From assembly GCA_977018835.1 (NCBI GenBank), contig OZ361260.1, positions 2,976,001-3,040,000 on the forward strand: 64,000 bases of DNA. The letters run 5' to 3'. The translations under genes were made by a program, and so were the position numbers. How positions within the stretch are numbered: the stretch's first letter is position 1; each line of letters starts with the position of its first letter. Under the pieces are notes generated by a model, which saw only the letters and a program-made list of their open reading frames with translations, searched no databases and was not told the origin of the DNA. Source of the DNA: Minutocellus sp. GHC0000111. Lineage: Eukaryota. Positions 24,174 through 37,584 of the stretch are shown piece after piece.

Positions 24174-25574
24174 CTATTTCTTTCTAACGAAAATGTTGTT
24201 CTTGCTCGGTCCTAGATGTATCGAAGTAGCCAGAGCAATCGCCGACATTTTGTCAGTAGGGAATGCGCCTCTTGCCTCTTCTTTCATGAGCTCAAGCTCG
24301 TTGTGAAGGCGCTCATTCTCTTCTTTCAGGGCATCGGTTGATTTCTTATTGTGACTCACGGACTCCGCCGCTTGCATCTTCAAGTGACGAATTTCATCGC
24401 GCAAGTTCCCATTTTCCCTTCTCCAGCGCCGCTGTTCCTTTTGGAAGCTTTGATTCTGTAGGCTCGAGCGCTTGAGACGAGTATTCCACATATCTGTATC
24501 CGACGAAGCAAACTTGTTTAGCTCATCAATACACACCGCAAGGTCTTCAAGAGATGGTGGTGACAGAGGATCGATATCCGGCATCTCAGCTAGAAACTCA
24601 ATGCTGTACTGGCCGCGCCCCTTATCGCCAGGAAGATCAGCACCTATTTCTAGAGCCAGTCGATCAATACTTATTAAGAGCTGATGCATGCATGAGCACA
24701 AAGAAGCAACCTTCCGTTCGACTAGATGAGTAGGCATATCTTCTGCCATGTTAGTCATTGTGCCTTTTTCCTCAATCTCTGGAGGTTCATTCGTCATGCT
24801 GGCTTGATCTCGACAGGAACTGCTTGCTGTCTCCGTCATAGTGCCTCTCTCCTCTGTAACAAGTATCGAACTTTCACGAACATTACAACGGCGAGACATG
24901 TCTAAATCCGCCACTGCCATTTCCTCCATTTTACCTTCATTTTCACTTTCCTCCATCGATGAATCTGAATCTCCTTCGAAATCAACCGTCTTTGGTATAA
25001 CTGAACTGCTGGCACTCGGATCTCCTTCTGAATTATCACCACTTGCACAACTCTTTTGTGGTAGAGCATTCGAAGGAGGGGACCCAGGCGGAGGCGGAGG
25101 TGGAGGCAGCCGCAAAGATAGCTCCAATAAAAATGCATCATCATCTATCAGTGCGAGACCCTTGAGCGATTGAAAGGCAGTGTCCAGCGTCAGAACGCTT
25201 GCCGCCCCGATACTGGGCGAGTTGCTTGCCAAGGATTCCTCGTCATCATCCGCGACGGTAATGTCTAATCTCGATAAATCGAAGGCACTCGGAAACGCAC
25301 CAAGCTCTCGGGGATCAACTGAAGCCGAGTCATCTACTGAAAGTGCAACGTCAGCCTCATGAGACAATGATTCTTGCTTTCGACCTCCACTTTCTTCATT
25401 ATCATTGGTATCGTCAAGGCCGTCCCATATGGTACTGCTGCTATCAGATGGCAATAAACGTGGCGGGGTCCGGAAAAAAATCACATCAGCCTCCTTACTC
25501 TCTTCAACACCAGTGGTGCTTCCACCGGGAGACACAGTGCCAGAGTCCTCAGCGAAGGAAAAGTAGGTCGTCAT
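24174..25574 (-). CDS. Hypothetical acidic, coiled-coil protein
   Basis: 466-aa ORF with low-complexity N-terminus and coiled-coil-like C-terminus. Confidence 0.55.
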   Translation of the reverse strand: MTTYFSFAEDSGTVSPGGSTTGVEESKEADVIFFRTPPRLLPSDSSSTIWDGLDDTNDNEESGGRKQESLSHEADVALSVDDSASVDPRELGAFPSAFDLSRLDITVADDDEESLASNSPSIGAASVLTLDTAFQSLKGLALIDDDAFLLELSLRLPPPPPPPGSPPSNALPQKSCASGDNSEGDPSASSSVIPKTVDFEGDSDSSMEESENEGKMEEMAVADLDMSRRCNVRESSILVTEERGTMTETASSSCRDQASMTNEPPEIEEKGTMTNMAEDMPTHLVERKVASLCSCMHQLLISIDRLALEIGADLPGDKGRGQYSIEFLAEMPDIDPLSPPSLEDLAVCIDELNKFASSDTDMWNTRLKRSSLQNQSFQKEQRRWRRENGNLRDEIRHLKMQAAESVSHNKKSTDALKEENERLHNELELMKEEARGAFPTDKMSAIALATSIHLGPSKNNIFVRKK

Positions 25575-25778
25575 GTTTTACTGCACGAAGAAAATGTGAG
25601 CAAACCCCAGAAGGGAGGCATTCAACAAAATAAATAAGCTTATAGTTATGTGAAATGCATATAAATGTCCAAGAGAGTGGGGGAGCATTCTGTCCATATG
25701 TCTCAGCGGATCCTAATTCGTCACGCTCGTCAGCGGGAATATTTATTTTCAGTCTCTGCTTCCAACAATGCAGTTCGG

Positions 25779-25828
25779 TCGGATTCAATCAAATGAAAAT
25801 GCATCGGATTCAATCAAATTAAAATGCA
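25779..25828. repeat. 25-bp tandem duplication
   Basis: tcggattcaatcaaat(g/t)aaaatgca x2, downstream of MOB1. Confidence 0.8.
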
Positions 25829-25905
25829 GGGTATAAACGGCCTTGGCACCATGTCAGAAGACGCATGCGCGCTCGCAGCGTATTCGGGCCAAATGTATAA
25901 ATCAA

Positions 25906-27150
25906 TCACGGCCCGGCTCCGACACTCCCTTGCTGTTTGGTCAGATAGTACTGCTTCCGGATGGGCTTTACCAACACCTCGAGCGGCTCCACCTCCCTTT
26001 CCGGCAGCAACCCAAATTCGGTGCAGAAGAACATGAAATGCTTGAAACAAGTATTGAGATGGGGTGCCATCCCCAACGCTTCGAGCGTTCCAAAGAAACT
26101 CGAGTAAACAATGCCATATACACGGAACAGCCTTCGAAAGATTTGTCCGCAGAGGGCAGCAAACTGCGGCGTCTGGAAGACGCGCAGAGCCTCGGCCTCA
26201 TCGTCGTCGTCGGGGAATTTGGTCTCGTCGTTAATTTGCTCCGCTATCCAATGCAGTACCTTTTCAATGTAAACCGGAGCCGAAACGCTGATGGTCTGCG
26301 CATCGCGGCCTGTGCCCTCCGACCAACGGTACTCGACACCGGAGGGGAATCCCTCGCCGGGTCGGAAGGACGATAGGTACGGATCGCCGGCCATTACCGC
26401 CCAGATGGTCGACACATCATTGTAAAAGTCAACAGCATGGACCGCTACCCAACCTGCGCAGGATTCTCCCGGAGGAAGGGCGACCTGTTTTGTTGCGATA
26501 CGCGCGCGCGCGCACACACACACCAAACACACACCATTCATGCAATTGCAATTTCGCATGAAACACATAATTCAGATGATAAAATCATCAAATATCATCA
26601 CGATATTCAGGGGCATGGAAAGAAACAACATGGCATTCGGTGAGAAGTTATGATGCAAAGAATATTACCACGACAACACCACTGTGACCACACAAGGCAA
26701 TGACACGGCAATCGAATCTTTGGCGAATACAGTACTTCATGGGCCGCATGAAATGCGTTCGAGGAGGAACGGAGTATCTTTCGTGGTACAAGGCACACGA
26801 GGTACCGAGCAAATCTCGCAAACCCCACCCCATCCACCGACCAGATGCAAAATAATCGGTCTATTTGTCGGCCACACACATGACATCTGCCGAGACTGTC
26901 CTCGAACATTCTCGTCGTTGAATTATAATTTCCAACATGCCTCGCTCAACCGCAAAAAAATTCACCCCACGAAAAGGAACGCCGTGGAGACGGAACGGAA
27001 ACGAATTCGAATGAAAAAACTCACCGCCTCGTTCATGGACCCGCCGGCGCCAAGCGTCCTCTTGGTATAGTTGTGCAACCGATCCCTCATGGTGCCGCTC
27101 CGGTGCCGGAGCGGCTGGAACGTCCCCATGGAAGCCTTCTTGGCCGACAT
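25906..27150 (-). CDS. MOB1: MOB1/phocein kinase activator, 2 exons (27150-27025, 26484-25906)
   Basis: AVALPPGE...WVAVHAVDFYN, IFRRLFRVY and HLNTCFKHF motifs; phase-0 GT-AG intron. Confidence 0.9.
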
Positions 27151-27476
27151 CCTTGGGCCTTGCTTTGCTCTTGTTGTTTTGCAGTTTTTGTAGCTACCTA
27201 GGTACGTAGTTTTTGTGCGAGAGACAGGCGGAGAAGGCAGCCTCCGGGTTTCTGCTCTGTGCGTCAACCGGCGTCAACAACCGATGACACATCGAACACA
27301 GTGCCTCCCTCCGCTGATTCTCCCAACTCTATGCAACTTAGTAGAACATGAAATGCAGTTTAACTACGTGAACTGGAGCTGGCATTGGCGGTAAATGAAA
27401 CTTCTTAGAGGGTGAGGTCACTCTCCCCCTCCTCCTTTCCGTAGCACAGATCGGCCAACAATGTGTGTCGTCGTGC

Positions 27477-28793
27477 TTAGGTGAACAGCAGCAGAGGGCG
27501 CGAAGGGGGGCGGGCATTGGAGTCCCGAAGCCGGCATTTCGGCCAACACTGTTGATGCCGGCGAAGGATTGGCAGCAATTTGGGGTCCTTGGGTCTTCGC
27601 GATGGCTCGTCGAGTGTGCGTGGGGCACGTTGAAGAAGGAACCTCGTTGGATCATGCGTGTGGAGACTCCCGGATGTAAATTCTTGGACCTGGCGGCGAC
27701 GGATGCACTTGAGGAAGGCGTCACTGGACCACCGCCCTACCAGCATGATTGTGTACGTGGGAACATCATTTAGATACATTGCCATTGCTGCTCCGCTGCG
27801 AATGGAGTGTGATCCGAATTCAGAGGGATGGCAGCCCAGGACGTCCTCTCCAATCACTGTGGCCGACGACGCTCTCTCGGATCTTGTCAACTGTTCGGGT
27901 GGCAGGAATGCATTTTAACACGCCGTTGACCACGAAGGCATTTACCGGCGTATCGTTGTTGGTACTAGGGCACCCTAGGACTCGTTTCACCAGGGCAGCC
28001 CAAGCTTGAACTGGCTGGGCAGAGGGTGGCGTCGTGGGTGCAGTGTTGCGTAATCGTGTGACGTCACGCTCGTCGTTCTTCTGGAACTCAAAGGTGACGG
28101 AGACAGAGTCTGCTGAGAGGAGGGACCGGTCGTTGTGACACATGCGCCGTCGGCCGCGGTAGAACTGGATGTTGCGGAGGCGGAGCAGCTTGGTCCTGCG
28201 CTCACCGCTGACTCTGGAGTGTTCGCAAGACCTCATCGCGAAGAAAAGAAGGCGCCGACGGCTAGTTGCCCGACTGCACGGTCCTCTTCCGTTTCCCTGA
28301 CGGAGGCGATCTCTCGGAGGAGCCGGCAGGTGATCGCCTTCTCCGGCCGCTCGGCCGGGTCGGACTGGCTGTGTCCTCGGCGGAACTGCCGCTGTAGAAG
28401 AAGGAATGAAGGCTGGCCGATGTCGTCTTTCCCTGGGTCCCTGCGCTGGTTGTGCCGGAAGGACGAGCATGCACATGAGACGGTGTCTCGGACTGTCGAC
28501 GCAGCCAGTCGCGAAAACTTTGGCCCCGAAAAGCTGGCCTGTCGGACGGCGTGGGCAAAGGCGCCGAGAATGACTGTTCGGTCTCGGGGTGACACCTTGT
28601 CGAGGAAGACGTCGTCCCCGGTCCCGATGAGCTGCAGGAGCTCAGTCCAGCGGCTCCACGCGAGAGCGTGCTTCTCGGCAGTGGCCGTTGTAACTGCTTC
28701 CTGACGGGCAGCGTCCGCGCCTGCGAGACAATCCAGGAAGTAATCTCGTTGGGTAGTGGTGCAATCATCCTGAAATTTGAGGGAAGCTGACAT
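27477..28793 (-). pseudogene. Tyrosine recombinase of the retroelement; catalytic Tyr mutated to Cys
   Basis: FFAMRSCEH, FQKND, HSIRSGAAMAM and GRWSSDAFLKCIR motifs; several frameshifts. Confidence 0.85.
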
Positions 28794-30828
28794 TCGGGAG
28801 ATGATGGAAGCAACTTCGTGAGGTCAGCATCAGAGAGGTCGGTGTGTCACGAGAAAGAGAATCGGCCTCCGGATTGTGCTTCCCCTGGAACCACTGTGAG
28901 CACAGCATGGTGTTGGTCTCGATGAGCATGTCGGCTAGTTTCCGCGCCGTGGCCAGCTTGACCGCTACGTCGGCATCCTTCTCGCCGTGAGACACAAAGT
29001 TCGACTTCCTGAGCCATCCCTCGGCCGTGGTGCTGTCGGTCCCCGACAGCACGCAGGAGAGGGTTGGCAGGTTGCCCTCGATGTGGTCGATCCATGGGCC
29101 GATGACGGCGGCGAGGAACTCCAGGTAATTGAGGGTGAACCGGCCCCACAGCTCCTCGGGGAGGGCAAATCTCCACGCTCTGCCGGATGAGGACCATCCG
29201 CCGATGCCGTGCTCGGAGGCGTCACTTGTGCACTCGTGGGTGGGGCAACGGTGCGTGAGGAGGTTCATGCTCATGCCATCGGCGGCCCTTCGGAGGAAGC
29301 GGAGCCACAGGTTGAGGTCTTCTGCATCCTCAGAGTCGAACCGTTGGCGGCCGTGGCGGCGGGCCTTCCAGAGCCGATCCCGAAGGCGGCTGAGGAAGTG
29401 TCGTGCGGCTGGAATGATGTGTCCGACGTGGTTTAGCCTTCCGACCAAGGTGTCCAGCTCTGATCTGGTGGCGCCGCGGGCTCTGAGGAGCCGAAGCATA
29501 TCATCGCGCCAGGCCAGGTGCTTGCTCCAAGGGAGCCTCAGTAGGAGCCGCCGGGTGTCAGCATCCCACCCCAAGAGACACAGCACTTCGGAAGGCGCCC
29601 CCTCGGCGAGCAGCTTCTTGATGGAGGCAAGGTCATCTCTGGGCAGTGGCTCGCTGTCGGACACCGGTCGGCCAAGCGCGTGGATGGCGAGGAGGGTGGC
29701 AGCGGATGTCCGATCCTTGTTGTCGCCCAGGTCAGGGGCTGCGGCGATGAGGTCATCGATGTGCGGCTCGACCATGCCATCCTTGTTGTCGGGAAGGGTT
29801 GCGATCATGTCCAGGGCCGGCGCAAACGGCACATCGTCGCCCTCCACCTTGGGGCGACCCAAGTGCTTCTGCTGGGGGCTGTGGAGCTCTGACGGGTCCC
29901 AGTCCAAGCATTGCAGGAGGGCCCTGGCCAGGTCGGCAAGGGCGGCCGCCGAAAGTCAGAGCAGGAGGGACATGAGGGCAATGCCATCCAGGGTGGTGAT
30001 CGTTTTGACGGCCGTGCTGGGAGCCAAGTGGGCCCGGCGACACGCAGCCTTGAAATCGACCTTCTGCAGGAGGATGGGAGCACGGGGATGCTTGTGACAG
30101 GCGTCTGCGATGTAGTGGATCACTCGCCGGAGGGCATGGCCGAACACCACTGGCTGGTGGTCCTCCATGCGTGCTCTGTTGTTGACGGACCGTGCGGCAC
30201 CGATCTCGAAGGATTGGTCGTGAGTCAGGCGGTCCTTGGGCATGATCTCGCCAGCCTCGCTGATCGTGTTCTGTACCACCAAACCCATCGGAGCCACCTC
30301 CGCTCCAGGAATGAGGGGCGCGACCTTTGCTGGCAGAGGGAGGGCGAAACCGCGGGTCACGTCGTCGAGAACTTGGTCCTTGAGCACCTCCGGCCTATCC
30401 CTGGCCGATTTGTGGTTGCCTCGGCCGATGTTCTTTATCACGCTGTCCAGTCTGCTTTCGTCGCTCACCGGATCGAGGGCCCAGTCGGATCCACCGTCGA
30501 GAATGGAGCGGAAGCGGGGCCACAGCGGGTGCCGGCCAAGAATCGGCTCCAGAAGACTCAGGTCTCTGAACTCCGATCCCGGTTGGAGTGGCGACCCGCC
30601 CTGCGCCTCGAGTGCCCTGCTCAGAGAACGATCGTATTTCTTGAGGACCGACCAATTGTGAGCGGCGGCCTCCGTCAAGAGCTCAAATCTGAACTCCGTG
30701 GGCTTCGGTGTGGCCGACGGGGACTCGACTGCTCGTCGGACGTGCTGCACCAAGGTGGAAACATCGAAGATGGGCTCTAGTTCCCACGTGGAATTGCACA
30801 AGGCGAGAAAAAGGTGAGACATGTGCAT
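28765..30828 (-). pseudogene. Reverse transcriptase / RNase H of the YR retroelement
   Basis: KDRLTHDQS, KVDFKAACRR, LTFGG, HIDD (YxDD position), LGW, SDAS..GIGG, NYLEFLA, TDSTTA and N.EADSLSR motifs. Confidence 0.85.
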
Positions 30829-31414
30829 GCTGCACGTTCACGAGCATGCGGGTCTGTCCGACCGTGGTGGGCCCATTGTGGTCGCTGGGCTGCCCCGTTT
30901 GTTGTAGGTGTTTCTTCACCTGTTGGTCTCACTTACCATTTTGGCGTGTCGGTTCTGCTTCCTTGCTGTGCGTAGGGGAACCAGGGGGAGACTGTGCTTC
31001 GGGTTGGGGCTGCTTACCTAGGAGATCCTTCTCTCGCTGGCCTAGCCGGTCGAAGAGGTTGTCGGTGGCTTCCGCACCGCCAGCGTTAGTGGTGCTGGAG
31101 CCAGAGCCTGAGATGCTGTTGTCGGCGCAGGCATCACCGCTGGTGTTAGGGGGGCCAGGACCCGACCGAAGGTCACTGCTAACGCCTCGGCCTTCTGCTC
31201 CGGTGTTAGGGGCACCGGAGAGCCTGGATTGGTTGCTGATGTTGTTGCGACCGCACACGCCGGATTTTGGGGTGCCGGACAACCTTGGGCGGCTGGAGCC
31301 ACCGGGGCGGATCGACGCCGACGTGTCTGGCTGCACTCGACGGCGCTTGGAGGGACGAGATGTTTCTCCAGCATCCTCCGAGGGTGGGCCACGCCTCCGT
31401 GCCCACCCGATCCG

Positions 31415-33480
31415 TCATTCCTCCGTCTCCTCGTGCTTCCGATCGCATTTCTCGACGTGCTGCTCGACGGGTCCTCTCTCCGATGCCTTAAGAGGCCTCT
31501 TGACATGCGACTTCTTGAGCTTGCACGAGGATCCGGCGCCGCAGACACCTGTCAGGATGAGTGGAGGGCAGAATTTACAGCCATTAATTTCAGGTCTGTC
31601 CTCATAGGGCTCGGATTTCTTGCCATGCCGTTTTGCAAAGTTGCCGGGGTTGATGTCGAACGTGACGAAGTGTTCGTGCTGGTGGCCTCTGCCGCTGGCG
31701 CCGCCCGTCTTTTGCTTCTTTTTCGGACTGGTTCTTGGCTCTGATTTGTCGGAGTCGGAATCCGAGGAAGGGGTGGGAGCGTCGGCCGATTGGACGAGCT
31801 TGATGTGGCTGGGGTAGACGAAAGGATTCTGAGTCTTCATTGTCTTTTTGGACTCGTCGACCATTGAGAAGCAAGAGAGGTCGTTGCCGGCGTCGTCGGG
31901 GGAACGGAGACAAGCTTTCCAGAATGCATGGATGGAGGCGTCGACATTGTGGAACATCGCCAGCCAGAACTTCTCGCCATGGCTCTCGGCGATGTCGCGG
32001 CACTGGTCCTCGTGTGTCTTCATGTGACTGAGGACCCTGGCGACGTAGCGAGCGGGCTCGGAATCCTCTCCGGCAAGGAAGGAACTGCCAGCGCCGAAGG
32101 CCGAGATGTGACGTTTGGCACCGTCGCACTCGGTTGGGGACCGGTAGTTCTGCTTCAGAAGAGCCTTCACCTGAGTCGAGGTGCATCCTTTCTTTTGAGA
32201 GGCGGCGAGGTGCAGGGGCGCATTGCTGCTGCTGGAGTTTACCGGGCTAAAGGCGAAGACAGAGAAGCCATCGTAGATTTTCTTGTCGCTCTTCCCGAAG
32301 CCAAAGAGGCGGACGCAAGTGGTGAGGCCCTGGAGAGATGTCCTGACTCCGGTCTTGCCCTTTACATGCAGCTCGAGGCCGACGGCTGCTTGCGTGAGGT
32401 TTGACTCTTCCAGCAGTGCTTTCAATCCTTCGGGAAGATTCGAGTCGATCGCTGCTACATCATCGTCATGCTCGGTCGAGACCCGGCAGAAAGCGGCACA
32501 GGCCTTGAGGATGGCGCCATTCATCGAGTGCTTCTTGTCGACCTTGTCAGTGTAGGCCATGACTGCGCCGGTGAGGGAGGATGCTTCGGACGCGGCCCTA
32601 GTCATGGCGTTGGCCGCGGTAGTGACTGCAGAGTCGGTCGGGGCGCCACCGGCTGGTGGTCCGTCGCCACTGGCGCCAGTGATGTGCACCGAGCGTGCAT
32701 CTCACGTGCATCTCACGGGCGCATGTCTTGAGAGCCGGGTCCGTCGTTGGGTGCAAGCTGACGGCCGGGATGTCTCCTTGCTCGGACGTGGCGACGAACC
32801 ACAGCCACTTGACGACGTGTTGAATAGCCTCATTGGAGCGAAGACCTGCTGCGCCATGACCCTCGTCGTCACCGCTGTCTGATGCGTCGTCGCTGCCGGC
32901 GTCCTCATCCAGCCGACGTTTGAGGGCGGACAGGATGGCCCAAGGCGATGAATCGTGCTCTTCCAGAACATTCTGCAGAATCGAAGGTGGCAGCAGCACA
33001 AGGGACTTAAACTTCGTGGAGGCACTCCGGTGGCGGGTGTTGGAGCCTTCCTGGGTGAGACCGGTTAGGGCGGCTTCTGACGGTGCCCCCAGCATGGCTT
33101 CCACCGATGGGGCTAGGACCTCCTTGTGCCGCAAGAGGCTAGGTTGGGCCAACGACATTGCCGGGGCTACATCGTCGATCCGGAGGAGCCCACCCAACCT
33201 GAGGTCGGGCTGCATGGTGGTGCCTCCCTGAGCCACGGCATGGTGAATCACCACGACTTTCCCTTCTGGATGGTGGGCCAGCATGGACAAACCCTCGGCG
33301 TCGCGGATTTGCTGCTGGATCGCTCGGGCATGGCTCTGGACCATAGCGGCCGTGGGGTCGGTTTCACAGACGTTGTCGGCGAGGAATCTCTGGAAATCTC
33401 GAGCTACGGCGGCGTCGGCCCCGGCCGGCATCTCTTGTGCCAGTAGGACTGACTTCCAGGTGTTGAAAGATGAAGCCATG
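31415..33480 (-). pseudogene. Gag-like ORF region of the YR retroelement
   Basis: Long same-strand ORFs upstream of RT ending in a C-x7-C-x5-C-x5-H finger (CPPLILTGVCGAGSSCKLKKSH); frameshift near 32700. Confidence 0.55.
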
Positions 33481-35434
33481 GTGATCAATGCTCGATCACC
33501 TTGCTGTCGCCTTCGGCGTCGGTCCTCTCGGCGCTGGATGTGGTTCAGATCGGCCGTGAGGGTGAGGATGCGGTCGGCAATGTCGGGCTCTCCAAAGGCG
33601 GATAGAAGGATGTTGAATGCCTGACGCGGTGGCTCTGATGCCAAAACATCGGCGGTGACATCTCGCAGGCGGATGGGTGTCTCGAGATCGTCGGGGCGCC
33701 GGTGAATTGATGCTCTTTTGGCCAGACGCGGCAGTGGGCACCCTCCCAGCGATTTGGATCGGCCGTATCGTCTAGCCACCTCGGATAGACTCGATGGTAG
33801 GTGCCTACCCAGCGGTGTGAGGGGGACGCCGTTCGGTCTGCCAGCCTTCCCCAGCATTCGCACGGGTTGACCTCCACTCGGTGTCCAAGAGGATTGCTGT
33901 CAGGCCGAGTGTGTCGGAGTCGAGCGCTGGTGAGGCTCTCGAATCCACTGTCCCAGTTGATATTAGCTTCAGTGAGTTGGTCCGGTCGTAGGCACTGCCG
34001 TCTCTGGAACGGGTGCGGCGAATCCAGCGGGAACTGGGTGATCAGGGCGAAAGGGCCGATGAGATCTCCTCGCTCCAATGCCACACTGACGCCAGTCCGC
34101 TCGGTTCGGTCGTGTGCGTCACGTGGGTAGAAGAGTGGCCTTGCCTCCCACTCGAAATAAGTGAGCGGCAGCGTTGGTGGAAGCTCGCTCCCCCGTGAAC
34201 CCATGCAAGCGTGCGGTGTCGGCTCTAGAGGTCTGCCCTCTCTGGCCGCGATGCGCCGTCTTTCTTTTCGGTCGGCCTGGTAGTGGAGGATGCACTGCGT
34301 GAGCCGGCAGAGCTGGGGCCAGATGCAATGGTGTTGCCGCGCTGCTGCTACCGATGCCTCCGGACACCTTCGCCCCCGACACTGTTGAACCACGACGCCT
34401 CCGTCTGCCCGTGGTAGTCGGCACAGTGCACTGCTCAGGTCCAACTCAGTTGCCGTCTCGTGTGCCCGGCGGATCTCAGGCTCGGTAAGGCGCGTGGCTA
34501 TCAGCCAGATGTTGACGAGGTGCGTGGGCCAGTCCGGTGACACCAAGAAGGCTTGTTGCTCGAGGCACTCGGCGACCAGACCGTGCGCTGCTGGAGTAAG
34601 GTGTGAAACGGCTGCTGCTGGGGATGGCTGGTGCCCCGTGGCTCTCGATGGGGGGGAGGTAGCCTGTGGCGCGCTCGACGAGATCGGTGAGGTGCTCGGG
34701 GTAACGTCGATTCGGCCCTCGGCAAAACTTTTCCACCAATCCAGTGCGTCTGTGGTCAGTCTCTCGGACGACGCCCTGGCTGTGAAGAAACTTCTGCGCC
34801 CGGGCCGAATCTGACGTCTTAGTCTGTCCCAGCCTCGTGGAAGGTCAGGAGAGTCTCCTCGGACGATGAGGTGTCTCTTGCCACTCCGAACAACACGTGA
34901 TCCAGTTCCGGTCGATCTGGTTCGGCCATGCACTGTTCTGCCGTCGTAGAGACTGGAATCGGATCTACGTGCACTATCAACGGAGCTGAGCCGTGGCCGT
35001 TTGACTCCGGAGTCGACTGCGGTCTCTGGCTGGTGGACTAACAGCAGTGTGGTGTGGTGTGTCGGCCGGCCAATAATTACGAACTCGTAGAGTAGCACCA
35101 ACCTAATGCTAAAACTAACTAACTACTGAGAGAGAGAGACAGGCTCTGGGAGCCGGTACTGTAAGCTGACTTAGCAATTGCAACGGCAGCAATCGCAGAT
35201 GGTTGTGGCTTGGTCAGTTGAGACGAGAGGAGGCGAAGGTGGTGGTCAGCAGAAAAACTGGGCACTACAGGAATGCAGTTTTAGTGCCTGCTGCTAACCA
35301 CCGTCGCCAGCTCATCCCCACCGTGCGGTACCCACAAATCAGCACCGCCGAGCCTCGCTACTAAGTACGTAGCTCGGCTCGGCCGCGAGTTCCACGAGTT
35401 CATTCATCGGCATCAATCAACCCGCTGCCCAACG

Positions 35435-37059
35435 ATGGCATCCACCATTGGTACAATCCATCGGCCGCGACGACGACATTTCTCTGGTCTAATCCTCTTG
35501 GCAGTTGTGCTTTTGGTCTCCCTCTCCTCATCTCCCGCTGAGGCAATCGAGGCCAAATGGACTCCTGCCGAGGATGCCAACGAGGGAGGAGGTCCACTGC
35601 CTCTCTCGCAAAACCAGCGCGATCAACTCTTCCAGCTGGAGGAGGCCATCGTGACAAGTCCTGATCCGCAGGGTACCCTGATGAAGATTGCCGAAAGCAA
35701 CAATATGAGTCCAAGGGAACTGGTTGACCTCCTTGAGCGCAACCGGATTGACGGCGAGGCGGCTGGGACGGCACCACCGAGACCTGGAGGAGGAGGCGGC
35801 GGTGGCGGAGGAGGAATGGCGGCAGTCCAAAACACGCTGCCGAGGAAAATTCTGGGCGTGTTCTTTAGTGTATTCTCTACGCTGGGCAAGGTTGCCAAGT
35901 CGCATCCCCAAGCGTTTTCGGTCGCATTCACGGCCCTGTTACTGGCCATGTATTGCACGATCCAAGCGCCACGCACTGGAATCGTCATGTCAACTGGGCC
36001 CAACCCCTTGCTCCTGTCGTCGGGCCATACCACCTTCTTTGTACCACCGGCGGCATATCTTGCTCGGTACATGGAATCCAACAAATTCATCACTGCCGAA
36101 TCTAGCGTATCAAGGAAGCTGCTCCCCGCAGGTGGGAAGGCAGGCTCACTCACCAAGGTTCTGGAGGACGAGTTGGAAACTCGGGCAATGTTGGACGGGA
36201 GTGCACTTGTCAACCCTCTGGGCGCAAATCGGCCTTCAGCCTCGCCGTTACGGCCCAAAAGACGTTGAAGATTGAAAAAATACTTCCTGATGGATGGGAG
36301 GCGAAAGTAGACTCCACAGAATCAGCAGACGATGACAATGACAATGACGAAAACAACGGTGGAGAGAATCAACTTGATCAGAGGGCAATATTCATCCAGA
36401 ACGCGGCTGATACGGTGTTGGAGGCTGCCACGGCAGTTCTATCTGCAAAGCGATTCACGGAATTTGCTGGCACCGACGATGGGAAAGCCGAGGCAGTGAG
36501 GTTCCAGCCGTCGCCGATCGGCGGCCGGAAATCTGGCGGCACTTTAGTCGTCAAGTCCATGGGCGATTTCAACCGATTCGGCCTGCAGCCTCTGCGCGTT
36601 GTGCGCCAGGAGGAGAGCGAAGATGCAGCCAGTGTGATCTTTTCCACTCTACAGGGGGGTCACTTTGATGGAGAGATACAGTTCGCCGTACAGATGAAAG
36701 ATGGAGAGGATGACAATGACATTCCATCAGTCGCAATCACGGCCAACCTGGTGGTCCCGAGGAAGGGCCGCAAACTGGGGAAGAAGTATGCTGAACGGAT
36801 TGTTACAACAGTCGTAGAGTCCATGGCTGCCTCCATTGCAACTCAGGCTAAACAAAGTATGGTAAGACGGAATATGAGCAGCCAATACCGAGGACGGGTA
36901 TCGGCCGGTGCAACGGAGAGAAGACAAATTCGATTCGAGAACGAGCGCAAGATGGAAGAGATGGCCGAGGACAGAAGGCGGAGGTGGCAAAGGAGCAATC
37001 CAGACGCTGGCCGATACAGGCCGTCTGGAGATAGGATGCGTTCTCCAAACAATTGCTAA
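35435..37059 (+). CDS. Hypothetical signal-peptide/TM protein; frameshift at about 36170-36220
   Basis: Two consecutive ORFs with continuous coding character and no obvious intron between them. Confidence 0.55.
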
Positions 37060-37584
37060 AAAAGTAAAATGGCCAGGGATTTAGAGTAAATTGTTGATAC
37101 CATGGGATACGTACGTACGTATACATACGTACGGTACGTACGGTGATCAGACCACTGACTCAGTGCCCTCTCCTGACCGTTGATCCATGGGCCAACGACA
37201 TCTCCGATGGCCCATTTTTCATCTACGTAGGTACTATTAACCTCTACTAGCTATATCTATCAAGCTTAGCTTTAGGACCTCTTAGCAGACCTACGTGATG
37301 CATCTTTTCCACCCGTGCTCGCCCCATTTCGGTTCGCACCTCACCGGTTTGTCTTGGGTTCTCACTCGTCACGCAAGAAAAACCGACACATCTTCAATCG
37401 ATCGGCCAAAACGACCGTTTCTTTCGACAATATTGGAACGACGATCCAATCCCTTCCCCGAAAGTCCTGACCAGATCGACCCATCCAATCGATGATCACA
37501 CTTCTCTGGATCGAACCTTCTGTCGATCACACGTCTCGCAGCAACACCGCCGTGCTGCCTGTCTTCGCTGACTGAAACACCAGC

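Larger units (their letters stand above)
27300..35074 (-). mobile_element. Tyrosine-recombinase (DIRS/Ngaro-like) retrotransposon, degenerate
   Basis: Order is gag-like ORFs, RT, RNase H, tyrosine recombinase. The 5' boundary is set by the shared end with 43090-43635. The 3' boundary is approximate. Confidence 0.85.

Noticed and set aside
27465..35101. Many long overlapping ORFs on both strands
   Set aside because: Expected from high GC plus loss of TAA/TAG through TA depletion; not independent genes.
27219..35144. gagagacaggc on both sides of the YR element as a TSD or terminal repeat
   Set aside because: Low complexity, offset from the inferred boundary, and YR elements usually make no TSD. 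No ITR/ICR or split repeats could be resolved by eye.
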